Position numbers and translations under genes: made by a program | Shown here: piece by piece, positions 21,749-31,736 of the stretch | How the letters are laid out: each line of letters begins with the position of its first letter | Position numbering within the stretch: position 1 is the first letter of the stretch | Source: Alphaproteobacteria bacterium | Lineage (GTDB): Bacteria; Pseudomonadota; Alphaproteobacteria; UBA828 | Assembly (NCBI GenBank): GCA_963422645.2 | Contig: CAXXVO010000021.1 | Span: 32,001-96,000 of the forward strand | DNA: 64,000 bases | Direction: 5' to 3' | Notes under the pieces: model-generated | Database searches by the model: none | What the model saw: the letters and a program-made list of their open reading frames with translations, nothing else | Told to the model about the DNA's origin: nothing

Positions 21749-22171
21749 GTGAGCGCGAATCTCACACTCAATATGGAGGCGCAGCTCAACGAGATCGAGC
21801 GTATTCAGGCGGCGGTCAATATCTTGTCGCAAGCCGAGAACTGGCCTCCCGAGCTTCTGTATCAAATCGAGCTCGTGCTCGAAGAGATCGGCACCAATAT
21901 CATTAAGTACGGTCAGGACGGCGAGCGGGAGACGGAGATCCAGATTACTCTGACCTCCGACAGCAAGTCTCTCACCATGGAAATCGTCGACACCGGCAAG
22001 CCCTTCGATCCCTTCGCCGAAGCGCCGCCGCCGGATCTCGAGTCGGACATCCCGGAACGCCCGATCGGCGGGCTCGGCGTCTATCTCGTGCACCAGCTCA
22101 TGGACGAGGCCAGCTATCGGCGCGAAGACGGCATGAACAAGGTGACTCTCGTCAAGCACAAGTCGTTATGA
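21749..22171 (+). CDS. Anti-sigma regulatory factor / RsbW-like HATPase
   Basis: LEEIGTNIIKYG, DTGKPFDP, GGLGVYLV...LMD. Confidence 0.88.
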   Translation: MSANLTLNMEAQLNEIERIQAAVNILSQAENWPPELLYQIELVLEEIGTNIIKYGQDGERETEIQITLTSDSKSLTMEIVDTGKPFDPFAEAPPPDLESDIPERPIGGLGVYLVHQLMDEASYRREDGMNKVTLVKHKSL

Positions 22172-22272
22172 CGCGCCCGCCTTGCGCCCCCGGGACTCCG
22201 CCGATCGCGGTTGCTGCCGTGCGGGCTTCAGTGCTCTGAATCTGCGCCGGGGGCGGCGTGTGGTCCCCGTTC

Positions 22273-23436
22273 ATGGATAGTGTGGCGATGCTCTGGAGCG
22301 GGCTCGCGGCGGCGGGCGCGGCTCTCTGGCTCTGCATCCTGGTGCTGCCCTGGCAGCCCTGGCGCGTCCGCGAGCGGCTCGAGCCGGAGCCCGCTGAGAA
22401 TGGCGCGGATGTCAGCCTGGATGATGTCACGGTCCTGATCCCGGCCCGCGACGAGGCGGCGGTCATCGGCGACACGCTCGCGGCGCTCGGCCATCAGGGG
22501 CGAAGCCTGCGCGTGGTCCTGGTCGACGACCGCTCCGGCGACGATACGGCGGAGATCGCGCGACAGGCAGCGCCCGAGGCGATCACTCTCGACGTTCACG
22601 CCGGCGCGCCGCTCTCCGAGGGCTGGACCGGCAAGCTCTGGGCCCTGGAACAGGGGCGGCGTCGGATCGAGACCCCGCTGACCCTCTTGCTCGATGCTGA
22701 CATCACGCTGCGGCCGGGAATGATCCAGGCGCTGCTCGCCAGGAAGGAGAAGAGCGGCGCGGCTCTCGTCTCGGTCATGGCGGCGCTCAGGATGCGGGGA
22801 GGCTGGGAGAAACTCCTGCTGCCCGCCTTCATCTTCTTCTTCCGCCTGCTTTATCCCTTCCACCTGTCGAACGGGCCCGGCCGGCGGGTCGCCGCCGCGG
22901 CCGGCGGCTGCGTCCTGATCGAGACCTCGGTGTTGGCCCAGATCGGCGGCTTCGAAGCGATTCGAGCTGCGCTCATCGACGACTGTGCGCTGGCGCGGGC
23001 GGTCAAGGATGCCGGCCACCGGACCTGGATCGGAGTGAGTCGCGGGGCGGAAAGCCACCGGACTTATCCGACCCTCGGAGCCGTGTGGCGCATGGTCGCC
23101 CGCACCGCCTACACCCAGCTCCGCTATTCGCCAGCGTTGCTGCTGATCTGCACGCTGCTCATGGCGCTCATGTTCTGGGCACCGATTGCGGGCCTTGGCG
23201 GGCCGCTCGCAGCGCAAGTCGCCGGAGGCGTCGGGCTCGTCGGGATGGCGATCTGCTACCTGCCGACGGTCCGCTACTACCGTCTCTTCTCCGCTTGGGC
23301 GTTGACGATGCCGCTCATCGGCACGTTGTTTCTCGCCATGACCTGGCATTCGGCGCTGCGCGACTGGGGCGGCCGACGGAGCGAGTGGAAGGGCCGGGTC
23401 TACGGGCGGGAGCCTGAAGGCGACCGGGTGGCGTAA
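22273..23436 (+). CDS. Family 2 glycosyltransferase, hopanoid-associated HpnB-like
   Basis: IPARDEA, VDDRSGD, GWTGKLWAL, LDADI, LIDDCALA, VARTAYTQLRYS. Confidence 0.85.
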   Translation: MDSVAMLWSGLAAAGAALWLCILVLPWQPWRVRERLEPEPAENGADVSLDDVTVLIPARDEAAVIGDTLAALGHQGRSLRVVLVDDRSGDDTAEIARQAAPEAITLDVHAGAPLSEGWTGKLWALEQGRRRIETPLTLLLDADITLRPGMIQALLARKEKSGAALVSVMAALRMRGGWEKLLLPAFIFFFRLLYPFHLSNGPGRRVAAAAGGCVLIETSVLAQIGGFEAIRAALIDDCALARAVKDAGHRTWIGVSRGAESHRTYPTLGAVWRMVARTAYTQLRYSPALLLICTLLMALMFWAPIAGLGGPLAAQVAGGVGLVGMAICYLPTVRYYRLFSAWALTMPLIGTLFLAMTWHSALRDWGGRRSEWKGRVYGREPEGDRVA

Positions 23437-23495
23437 GGGGGCGTCAGCGTGCGGCTTGCTTGACGCGTTCAGGCGGGCGTGTCAGCACGGGGCCC

Positions 23496-23813
23496 ATGTC
23501 GCAAGGAGCGGAGCAACAAGGCGCAGGCTGCCGCCTCGTGCGCGTGGCGGAGAGCGACCGGCCGGGCGTCACGATCTTTCACGACGGCCGACCGCTCGCC
23601 GCGCTCGCCGGCGACACGCTCTTGACCGCGCTGCTCTGCAACGGCGTCGCGCTGCGCCGGAACGAGTTCGACGGGGGCCTGCGAACGGGATTCTGCAACA
23701 TGGGCGCGTGCCAGGACTGCTGGGTCGTGCTCGAGAAGGGGAGCCGCATCCGCGCCTGCACGACCGAGGTGCAGGAGGGCATGCGCGTTTGCGCGCCAGA
23801 GAGCGTCACTTGA
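23496..23813 (+). CDS. (2Fe-2S)-binding subunit (HcnA-like) of opine/D-amino-acid oxidase-type enzyme
   Basis: GFCNMGACQDC...RAC. Confidence 0.85.
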   Translation: MSQGAEQQGAGCRLVRVAESDRPGVTIFHDGRPLAALAGDTLLTALLCNGVALRRNEFDGGLRTGFCNMGACQDCWVVLEKGSRIRACTTEVQEGMRVCAPESVT

Positions 23814-25213
23814 CCGACGGCAAGCCCACGGTGCTCGTCGTCGGCGCAGGCCCCGCGGGAACGCGGGCGGCGGAGACGCTGGTCGCGCATGGCGTCGCAC
23901 CCATCGTAGTCGACGAAGGCGCACGCAGCGGCGGCCAGATCTATCGCCGGCCGCCGGAGGGTTTCAAGCGACCGGCCGCCGCGCTCTACGGCTTCGAGGC
24001 GCGCAAGGCGCAGGCCGTGCACGCGGCGCTCGACGGCCTGCGGGAGCGGATCGACTATCGCCCGGGCACCCTGATCTGGAACGTCGGGGGCGGCGTCGCC
24101 CAGGCGCTCGGGCCGGAGGGTATCGAGCGCATCAGATTCGACGCGCTCATCCTCGCCACCGGCGCCATGGATCGGGTGATTCCCTTTCCGGGCTGGACGC
24201 TCCCTGGCGTGTTCACCATGGGCGGATCGCAAGTTGCGCTGAAGGCGCAGGGCTGCGCCATCGGCGATCCGGTGGTCTTCATGGGCACCGGGCCGCTGCT
24301 CTACCTCGTCGCCTACCAGTACGTTCACGCAGGCGCGCGCGTGGCGGCGGTGCTGGACACGTCCCAATTGTCCCAGGCGATCCCAGTACTTCCCGGCTTG
24401 CTTTTGGGCGGGCGGACCTTGGCCAAGGGCCTCTGGTACATGACCTGGCTCAGGGCGGCGGGGGTCCCGGTGCGGGCCGGCGTCACGCCGGTCGCGGCCG
24501 AAGGCGGCGCGACCCTGGAGGCCGTGCGCTATCGCGACCGGCGCGGTCGCGAGCACCGGATCGCCTGCACCGGCCTCGGCATCGGCTACAGCGTCAAGTC
24601 CGAGGTGCAGCTTGCCGAGCTCGCCGGTTGCGAGATGGTGTTCGATCCGCTCGCTCAGCAATGGTTGCCGCAGGCCGACGAGGACGGCCGCGCGCTCACG
24701 GGCTCGGTCTACCTCGCGGGCGACGGGGCCGGCGTGGCCGGCGCCGATGCGGCGGAGGTGCGCGGCCGGCTGGCGGCGCTCGCCCTGCTCGCCGACAAGG
24801 GCATCGCGGCGGACCGCGCGCTGCAAGCGAGGCTGAGGGCGAAGCTCCGGCGCATCATGCGCTTTCGCAACGCGCTGGAGCGGGCGCTGCCGGCGCCCTT
24901 CCATCTGGCGCGGACGCTTCCAGACGAGACCGTGATCTGCCGCTGCGAGGCAATCACCGCCGGCGATATTCGCCAGGGACGCGCCCTCGACCCGGCGGAG
25001 ATGAACCGGGCCAAGGCCTTCACCCGCGTCGGCATGGGCCGCTGCCAGGGTCGCGTGTGCGGCCCCGCTGCCGCCCAGATTCTCGCCGCCGCGCGCGGGT
25101 GCAAGGTGGAGGAGGTGGGACGCCTTCGCGGTCAGGCGCCAGTCAAGCCGCTCGTCATCCGCGCGGGCGCCGAAGCGGCGGTCGAGGACCGATCGAGGGC
25201 CGCCTCGATATGA
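23810..25213 (+). CDS. FAD/NAD(P)-binding oxidoreductase with BFD-like 2Fe-2S domain (OoxA/HcnB-like)
   Basis: TTG start overlapping upstream stop; GAGPAG, GWTLPGV, ICRCE, GMGRCQGRVC. Confidence 0.88.
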   Translation: MTDGKPTVLVVGAGPAGTRAAETLVAHGVAPIVVDEGARSGGQIYRRPPEGFKRPAAALYGFEARKAQAVHAALDGLRERIDYRPGTLIWNVGGGVAQALGPEGIERIRFDALILATGAMDRVIPFPGWTLPGVFTMGGSQVALKAQGCAIGDPVVFMGTGPLLYLVAYQYVHAGARVAAVLDTSQLSQAIPVLPGLLLGGRTLAKGLWYMTWLRAAGVPVRAGVTPVAAEGGATLEAVRYRDRRGREHRIACTGLGIGYSVKSEVQLAELAGCEMVFDPLAQQWLPQADEDGRALTGSVYLAGDGAGVAGADAAEVRGRLAALALLADKGIAADRALQARLRAKLRRIMRFRNALERALPAPFHLARTLPDETVICRCEAITAGDIRQGRALDPAEMNRAKAFTRVGMGRCQGRVCGPAAAQILAAARGCKVEEVGRLRGQAPVKPLVIRAGAEAAVEDRSRAASI

Positions 25214-26343
25214 GCGCGTTGCAGGCCGATGTGATCATCGTCGGCGGCGGCCTGGTGGGCTGCGCCGCGGCGCTGCATCTGCGCGGGCGCGGCGCAAGCG
25301 TCGCGGTGGTGGAGAAGAACCAGCTCGGGGCGGCGGCGAGCGGCGTCAATTTCGGCGGGGTCCGGCGCAACGGCCGCAAGCTCGCCGAGCTTCCCATCGC
25401 GACCCGCGCGCTCGCCGTCTGGAAGCGCCTGCCGGAGCTGGTGGGCAGCGACTGCGAGTACGAGATCACCGGCAACATCAAGGTCGCGCGCAACGAGGAG
25501 GATTTGGACCAGATTGCGGCCCACGCCGAGGCGCAGGCCGAGTACGGGATCGAGGTCCAGATCCTGGGCCGCAACACGCTGCGCGACCGCTACCCCTGGC
25601 TCGGCCCGAGCGCCGCGGGCGCCGCCTACTGCGCGAGCGACGGGCAGGCCAACCCGAGGCTGGTCGGCCCGGCTTTCGCGCGGGCGGCCCGGGCGGCGGG
25701 TGCGGAGCTGATCGAGCTCGACGGCGCAAAGCACGTGGAGCGCGACGGCAGCGGCTTCGTGGTCGAGACCGAGTCCGGGCGCACGCTGCGCGGGAGCGCG
25801 CTGATCAACAGCTCCGGCGCCTGGGGCGCGCGGCTCGCGGCGCGCTTCGGCGAGCAGGTCGAGATCTGGCCGATGGAGCCGCAGATGATTGTCACCGAGC
25901 CAGCGCCCTACTTCATGGTGCCCGTGCTCGCGGTGATGGGCGGCGACGTCTACGCGCGCCAGATCCCGCGCGGCAACGTCATCTTCGGCGGGCGCAGCGG
26001 CACTGCCGATCTCGATGTCGGCTTCGCCAAGGTCAACGCGGAGGAGAGCCTGACCACGCTGGCGCGAACCATCGATATCATCCCCCGCGTCGCCGAGCTC
26101 TCCGTGATCCGCTTCTGGAGCGGGGTCGAAGGCTGCACGCCCGACCACCTGCCCTTGCTCTGCCCGAGCCGGACCACGCCCGGCCTGGTGCATGCCTTCG
26201 GCTTCAGCGGCCATGGTTTCTGCCTGGGCCCGGCCTCGGGCGCGGTGGCAGCGGAATTGGCTCTCGACGGCCGCACCGAGACGCCGATCGAGGGCTTCGA
26301 TATCGGCCGCTTCGCGGAGGCGCAGCCGGAGACTGCGTCTTAG
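25210..26343 (+). CDS. FAD-dependent oxidoreductase, DAO family (OoxB/HcnC-like)
   Basis: IVGGGLVG, ASGVNFGGVR, DGQANP, FGFSGHGF. Confidence 0.9.
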   Translation: MSALQADVIIVGGGLVGCAAALHLRGRGASVAVVEKNQLGAAASGVNFGGVRRNGRKLAELPIATRALAVWKRLPELVGSDCEYEITGNIKVARNEEDLDQIAAHAEAQAEYGIEVQILGRNTLRDRYPWLGPSAAGAAYCASDGQANPRLVGPAFARAARAAGAELIELDGAKHVERDGSGFVVETESGRTLRGSALINSSGAWGARLAARFGEQVEIWPMEPQMIVTEPAPYFMVPVLAVMGGDVYARQIPRGNVIFGGRSGTADLDVGFAKVNAEESLTTLARTIDIIPRVAELSVIRFWSGVEGCTPDHLPLLCPSRTTPGLVHAFGFSGHGFCLGPASGAVAAELALDGRTETPIEGFDIGRFAEAQPETAS

Positions 26344-26348
26344 CGCAC

Positions 26349-27554
26349 CTACCGCTGGCTCGCGACGAGACGATCGCCGAGCGCGGCCATGGCGTCGCCG
26401 TCGATGTTGGCGAGGGCGAAGCGCAGATAGTCGTCCTGGTCGGGGCCGAAGGCGCTGCCGGGCAGGCAGAGCACGTTCTCTTCCCGGATGAGCCTGCGGG
26501 CGACAACGACGGCAGGGGCGCCGGCGAAGGGATGGCGCACGTAGGCGAAGAAGGCGCCGGCGCAGATCAGCTCGTAGGCCAGGTCCTGGCGCTCAAAGAC
26601 GGCGCGGAATTGGTCGACGCGCTCCAGCACGAGGCGCCGCTTGTCGGCGCGAAAGTCCGCGAGGTGGCGGAGGCCGTAGAGCGCCGCCTCCTGCGCGATG
26701 GCGGGCGCGCAGATCGCGACGCAATCGGCGGCCTTGGCGACCTCGGCGAGCAGACCGCTACCAGCGACCAGCGCGCCAACCCGGTATCCGGTGAGGCTGT
26801 AGACCTTGGAGAAGCTGTAGAGGTGGACCAGCGTCTCGTCCCAGTCCGGGCGCGCGAACAGGCCGTGGGGCGGCGCGTCAGCGGGGAGAAAGTCGCGGTA
26901 GGTCTCGTCCAGCACCAGCGCGAGGCCGGCTTCGCGTGCGAGGCGATGGAACCCCTCGATGGCCTCCTGCGGATAGATGGCGCCCGTCGGGTTGTTGGGC
27001 GTCACCAGCACGATGGCGCGGGTGCGGGGGGTGATTCGCGCCGCCGCGTCGGCCGGGTCCGGCACGCCGCCGCGCTCGGGCCGGAAGGGCAGGTAGACGG
27101 GCGCGATGCCCAGAATCTCCAGCCACATCTGGTAGTTGAAGTAGGAGGGCGCGGCCAGGATCGCCTCATCGCCCGGCCCCGCGAGCGCCATCAGCGCGAG
27201 GCAGAAGGCCTGGTTGCAGCCGGCGGTGATCGCGACCTGATCGCGCGTGACCCGGCCGCCGTAGCTCTCCGAAAGGGCCGCTGCGAGGGCATTCCGTAGA
27301 TCGTCCCGGCCGACGATCGGGGTGTAGCGCGCCATCTCCGGCCGGCGCACCGCGTCAGCAAGATGGGCGGTCAGCGCCTCCGCCGGGGGGTAGGCCGGCA
27401 CCGCCTGAGCGAGATCGAGCAGCGGCTTCTCGGGCGGATACTCGCGCCCCGCAGCGAGCTTCGCGATTTCGGCGATGGGCGGCGGGATGACGGCGCTAAG
27501 CGCCGGGTTGATGCGATAGGCGAGGCCGCCGGCGCTAGAGCGTATCCGTTTCAC
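26349..27554 (-). CDS. PLP-dependent aminotransferase class I/II
   Basis: LDLAQAVP, TPNNPTG, DETY, SFSKVYSLTGYRVG; the only plausible starts (GTG 27554 or 27584) lie in the MITE. Confidence 0.88.
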   Translation of the reverse strand: MKRIRSSAGGLAYRINPALSAVIPPPIAEIAKLAAGREYPPEKPLLDLAQAVPAYPPAEALTAHLADAVRRPEMARYTPIVGRDDLRNALAAALSESYGGRVTRDQVAITAGCNQAFCLALMALAGPGDEAILAAPSYFNYQMWLEILGIAPVYLPFRPERGGVPDPADAAARITPRTRAIVLVTPNNPTGAIYPQEAIEGFHRLAREAGLALVLDETYRDFLPADAPPHGLFARPDWDETLVHLYSFSKVYSLTGYRVGALVAGSGLLAEVAKAADCVAICAPAIAQEAALYGLRHLADFRADKRRLVLERVDQFRAVFERQDLAYELICAGAFFAYVRHPFAGAPAVVVARRLIREENVLCLPGSAFGPDQDDYLRFALANIDGDAMAALGDRLVASQR

Positions 27555-27683
27555 ACGGAAACGCTCTGATTCTTTGTCGCTCACGGCAGCCGGCCTGCGG
27601 CCGGCGCCTGCGCGGGCGCGCCGCGTTCGCGGCGGGCCGCGGTCGCAGCCTGTCGCGCGTCCGTCAAAGTCGGACGCGCTCTA
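27536..27683. repeat. MITE-like dispersed repeat, family A copy 1
   Basis: TA-GAGCG...CGCTC-TA ends, terminal hairpins; homologous to 63445-63617. Confidence 0.8.
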
Positions 27684-29042
27684 ATAGGCGTATTCCTCGA
27701 AGAGCGGCTTGATGCTGCGGCCCCAGCGGCCCTCGTAGGCCTCCAGCATGTCGTCGGCGGCGGTGCGTCCGCTCTCGGCGATCTGGCGCAAGTAGGTGAG
27801 GTAGGAGCGCTCGTCGGAGTCGAGATTGCCGGAGACGGCACGGCGCTTGAGGCCGCCGGCCGCGATCTCGACCGTGTCGCGGGCGACCTCCTGGACCGTC
27901 CGTCCGCCAACCGTGGCGCGCAGTGCTTCCCGCGGCACGGCGCGGAGCATGGCTGCAACGTCGTCGGCGGACCAATCGGCGACCAGCGCCTCGGCCTCGT
28001 TCAATGCGGTCGAATCGTAGAGCAGACCGACCCAGAGGGCGGGCAGTGCGCAGACCTTGCCCCAGGGCCCGCTATCCGCACCGCGCATCTCGATGAAGGT
28101 CTTGAGCCGGACCTCGGGGAAGACGGTGGTGAGGTGATCCTCCCAGTCCTTGAGGGTCGGCCGCTCGCCGGGGAGCTGCGGCAGGGCGCCCTCGAGGAAG
28201 TCGCGGAAGGATTCGCCGGCCACATCCACGTAGCCGCCGTCCCGCCCGACGAAATACATGGGTGCGTCCAGCACGTAGTCGGCGTAGCGCTCGAACCCCA
28301 TGCCGGGCTCGAAGACGAAGTCGAGCAGGCCGCAGCGATCGGGGTCGGTGTCGGTCCAGACATGGCTGCGATAGCTGCGGAAGCCGCTCGGCTTGCCCTC
28401 GACGAAGGGCGAGATGGCGAAAAGCGCGGTGGCGATCGGCTGCAGGGCCATGGCGACGCGGAACTTGCGCACCATGTCGGCTTCCGAGTCGAAGTCGAGA
28501 TTGACCTGGACGGTGCAGGTGCGGGTCATCATGTCGAGGCCGAGGCTGCCCCGCGTCGGCATGTAGCGGCGCATGATCGCGTAGCGGCCCTTGGGCATCC
28601 ACGGGATCGCCTCGCGCGTCGCGTCGGGCCGGAAGCCTACGCCGTAGAAGCCGATGCCGAGCTCCCCGGAGACCGTCCGCACCTGATCCAGGTGGGCGTG
28701 CACTTCGTCGCAGGTGCGGTGCAGGTTGTGCAGCGGGGCGCCCGAAAGCTCGAGCTGGCCGCCCGGCTCCAGCGTCACGGACTGGCCGTCCTTGAGCAGG
28801 GCGATGGGATTGCCCTTCTCCAGGTAGGGGGTCCAGCCGAAGCGCTGAAGTCCCTCCAGGAGCGCGCGGATGCCCCACGGCCCCTCGTAGGGGAGCGGCG
28901 CGTGGTCCGCGAGGCGATGGCCGAACTTCTCGTGTTCCGTGCCGATGCGCCACGCCAAGCGCGGCTTGCAGCCGGATTCGAGATAGGCGATCAGGTCGCG
29001 GCGGGTGAGCGCCTCGCCTTGCTTGGTGGCGCTGTGGTTCAC
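27681..29042 (-). CDS. gshA: Glutamate--cysteine ligase
   Basis: IGTEHEKF, LEPGGQLELSG, MPKGRY, TCTVQVNLD, FPEVRLK, EMRGAD. Confidence 0.95.
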   Translation of the reverse strand: MNHSATKQGEALTRRDLIAYLESGCKPRLAWRIGTEHEKFGHRLADHAPLPYEGPWGIRALLEGLQRFGWTPYLEKGNPIALLKDGQSVTLEPGGQLELSGAPLHNLHRTCDEVHAHLDQVRTVSGELGIGFYGVGFRPDATREAIPWMPKGRYAIMRRYMPTRGSLGLDMMTRTCTVQVNLDFDSEADMVRKFRVAMALQPIATALFAISPFVEGKPSGFRSYRSHVWTDTDPDRCGLLDFVFEPGMGFERYADYVLDAPMYFVGRDGGYVDVAGESFRDFLEGALPQLPGERPTLKDWEDHLTTVFPEVRLKTFIEMRGADSGPWGKVCALPALWVGLLYDSTALNEAEALVADWSADDVAAMLRAVPREALRATVGGRTVQEVARDTVEIAAGGLKRRAVSGNLDSDERSYLTYLRQIAESGRTAADDMLEAYEGRWGRSIKPLFEEYAY

Positions 29043-29160
29043 GCTCTTTCCCTTCGGTCGCGTCGAAGCTGTGCGGGGTTTCCCCTATTCGGGCGCCGCT
29101 GTCCAGCCTATCGAAGCGCGAACTCCGACATGGCAGGGCTGTGTCGGGCGCAGCGCGGCC

Positions 29161-29958
29161 TCACCGCCAGTCGCCGGCGAGGGACTGCCAGCAGGCCAGA
29201 GCGGCCGCGACTGCGGTCTCGGCGCGCAGGACGCGGGGGCCGAGCCGGGCGAGCACGGCTGCCGAGTGATCGGCGAGCAGGCGCCACTCGGCAGGTGCGA
29301 AGCCGCCCTCGGGCCCGATCAGGATGGCCCAGGATGATCCGGAGTCGCCGTCCACCGCCCCGGCCATCGTCGAGCGGGCCCCGGGGGCACAGACCAGCAG
29401 CCGGCGATCCGGCGGCCAGTCCCTGAGCGCGTCAGGGAGGGGGCAGGGGGGGGCGACCTGTGGCACCTCCAGGCGGCCGCACTGTTCAGCCGCCTCGATG
29501 GCGTGGGCGCGGAGTCGCTCGAGGTTGACGCGCCTGGTCTGGCCGTAGCGGGTGAGGACCGGGTGGATGGCGCCGACGCCGAGCTCGGTCGCCTTCTCGA
29601 CCACGAAGCGGGTGCGTTCGGACTTGAGGGGCGCGAACAAGAGCCGCAAATTCGGTGCCGGAGTCTGCGCCGCAAGCCTCGCGACCGGCCGGACTATGGC
29701 GCGGTTAGGGGCCAGGGTCTCGATCGCGCCCTCCCACTCGCCGTCGCGCCCGTTGAACAGGCGAATCCGGCTCCCCGGCGCCTGGCGCATCACGTTTCGG
29801 AGGTAGTGGGCCTGGCCGGAGGCCAGCGCGACCGCAGAACCCGCTTCGAGCGAAGCCTCGACGAAGAGGCGGGTCGCGCTCCGGCCGTCTTCACGCTCGC
29901 GCCCCGACCCTGCCACGGGCGGCTCTCCGCTTGTCACTGCCAGGGCGCCACGATACAC
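29161..29958 (-). CDS. rsmE: 16S rRNA (uracil1498-N3)-methyltransferase
   Basis: HYLRNVMR, EKATELG, EAAEQCGR, IGPEGGF, LGPRVLRAETA; start uncertain. Confidence 0.93.
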   Translation of the reverse strand: MYRGALAVTSGEPPVAGSGREREDGRSATRLFVEASLEAGSAVALASGQAHYLRNVMRQAPGSRIRLFNGRDGEWEGAIETLAPNRAIVRPVARLAAQTPAPNLRLLFAPLKSERTRFVVEKATELGVGAIHPVLTRYGQTRRVNLERLRAHAIEAAEQCGRLEVPQVAPPCPLPDALRDWPPDRRLLVCAPGARSTMAGAVDGDSGSSWAILIGPEGGFAPAEWRLLADHSAAVLARLGPRVLRAETAVAAALACWQSLAGDWR

Positions 29959-30016
29959 CAGCAGCCATGGCCGAGCGCCTGCATAACGTGGCCGGAGCGC
30001 CGGCCGGGCGGGGGCC

Positions 30017-30277
30017 TAGCCCGCACTTCTCACCAGGGTCATGGTCTGCGCGGCGCTGTCCGGCCGACAGGGTAGGAGCGGCGCGCAGCGCGATGCGGGG
30101 ACATCGGGCAAGCGCCGTGACGCACGCTGTCGGCCGGACAGCGCCGCCCTTCGGGTCGCGCCCAGGCGCCCGACCACGGCGTCGCGGGCCTCAACCGTAT
30201 TCCCCGATACGCTTTTCGTCCCGCTCCTTGTGGATCGAACGCCTGGGTGCGACGCAGGCCGTGACCGTGGTGAGAAA
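30017..30277. repeat. Palindromic MITE-like element (family B), left part; its right TIR is split by the island and completed at 60747-60755
   Basis: Left TIR TAGCCCGCACTTCTCACCAGGGTCATGGTCTGCG matches the reconstituted right TIR at 30/34; internal 20-bp and 14-bp inverted repeats. Confidence 0.8.
30267..30277 (+). repeat. attL-like 11-bp direct repeat GTGGTGAGAAA
   Basis: Second copy at 60736-60746. Confidence 0.8.
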
Positions 30278-30467
30278 CAACAGTTACGTCTTGTTCCTGC
30301 TGATGCTCGTACTTGCTTAGGAGTACTCGGATACCGCTGTAACATTGGGTTTTGGCCGATATCCGACGATCCTGAAAGGCCAGGAGAGGTCAGGAACACC
30401 CCTGAAGTTACTCTCATGTGTTGTGGTTGGTGTTGATTGCGATCCCAAGCCATGCCATCATGCCCGC

Positions 30468-31736
30468 ATGCCAAATTCCGGGAAGCGCGTCGCGCGCGTC
30501 AAGCTCACCATCGCCAAGCGCGCCATCGACAGCCTCGAGCCCGCCAACAAGCCATGGATCGCCTGGGATGACAAGCTGACAGGCTATGGCGTCCTCGTGC
30601 ACCCCTCGGGCGTCAAGTCCTACATCGTCAACTACCGCCTGGGCGCGGGCGGCAGGACGGCGCCCAACAAGCGCCTCGTCATCGGACGCTGTGACAGGAT
30701 GGCGGCCGAGCAGGCGCGGCGCGAGGCCCACAGGCTGCTCGGCATGGTCGCCATGGGCGAGGACCCGGCGGCCGAGCGCGCGAGGAGCCGGCGCATGCCC
30801 CCGCTCAGGCAGGCCTTCGAGCAGTACATGAGGGCCAATCCCAAGCGCAAGGCGAGCACCAACGAGTCCTACCGCGACCGCTTCGAGCGGCCGCTCGCCG
30901 ACTGGCTTGCCCGTCCCCTCGACGCCATTACCCGGAGCGACGTGGAGGACCGTTTCAACCGCATCACCGAGAAGCATGGCTGGGCGACGGCCAACCAGTG
31001 CATCTCGCTCTTGCGCTCGGTCTATCGCCGGCCCTGCGTGGACATCGAGGGACTGGCCAATCCGGTCGACCTCTGGCTCGCAGGCGGCGGGAGGTTCCAT
31101 CCCAAGCCGCGCCGCAAGATCCCGCCACCGGCGGAGGTCCTTCCGTGCTGGCGGAAGGGGATCGAGGCCGTAGTGAGCAACCCCGCCCTTCGCGACGTGT
31201 TCTGGTTCGGCATGTACACCGGCATGCGGCTCGGCGAGGTGCTGCCGCTCCGATGGGAGCGTGTGGACAGGGAGGCGCTCGTCTTCCGCGTGGATGAGAC
31301 CAAGACGGGCGCGCCGCTGGAGCTGCCCATCACCCGGCAGCTGGCAGCCATTCTCGATCGCCGGTGGGCCGAGAGCGGCCACCTGCCGGGCGGTTGGGTG
31401 TTTTCCTCTGCCTCCAGCCGCACGGGCTATTTCGTGAAGTTGACCTATTTCCATCGCCGCATCAGCGAGGCAGGTGGCGCAAAATTCTGGTTCCACGGGC
31501 TGCGCAACTGCTTCATCACGGTGGCCGAGCGCGAGTTGATGCTCCCGCACGCCCTGACCAAGCGGCTGGTCAACCACGCGCCGCCCAACGACGTTACCGA
31601 GGGGTACGCCGCCGACTGGACGATCGGGCAGCTGCGCGGGCCGGCTCAGCGCATAGCGGATTGCATCGAGGCCTTAATGATAAGTGCAGACTCCGAGCGT
31701 ATCTGCGGCGAATGGGCGGCGGTCGGGTCCTCATAA
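30468..31736 (+). CDS. Tyrosine recombinase/integrase with N-terminal arm-binding domain
   Basis: WDDKLTGYGV...YR arm domain; catalytic R (TGMRLGE), K (ETKTG), HGLR, LVNH, Y (TEGY). Confidence 0.92.
   Translation: MPNSGKRVARVKLTIAKRAIDSLEPANKPWIAWDDKLTGYGVLVHPSGVKSYIVNYRLGAGGRTAPNKRLVIGRCDRMAAEQARREAHRLLGMVAMGEDPAAERARSRRMPPLRQAFEQYMRANPKRKASTNESYRDRFERPLADWLARPLDAITRSDVEDRFNRITEKHGWATANQCISLLRSVYRRPCVDIEGLANPVDLWLAGGGRFHPKPRRKIPPPAEVLPCWRKGIEAVVSNPALRDVFWFGMYTGMRLGEVLPLRWERVDREALVFRVDETKTGAPLELPITRQLAAILDRRWAESGHLPGGWVFSSASSRTGYFVKLTYFHRRISEAGGAKFWFHGLRNCFITVAERELMLPHALTKRLVNHAPPNDVTEGYAADWTIGQLRGPAQRIADCIEALMISADSERICGEWAAVGSS

Noticed and set aside
23496-26343. Hydrogen cyanide synthase hcnABC call
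   Set aside because: The same architecture is shared by opine and D-amino-acid/hydroxyproline dehydrogenases; substrate cannot be assigned from sequence.
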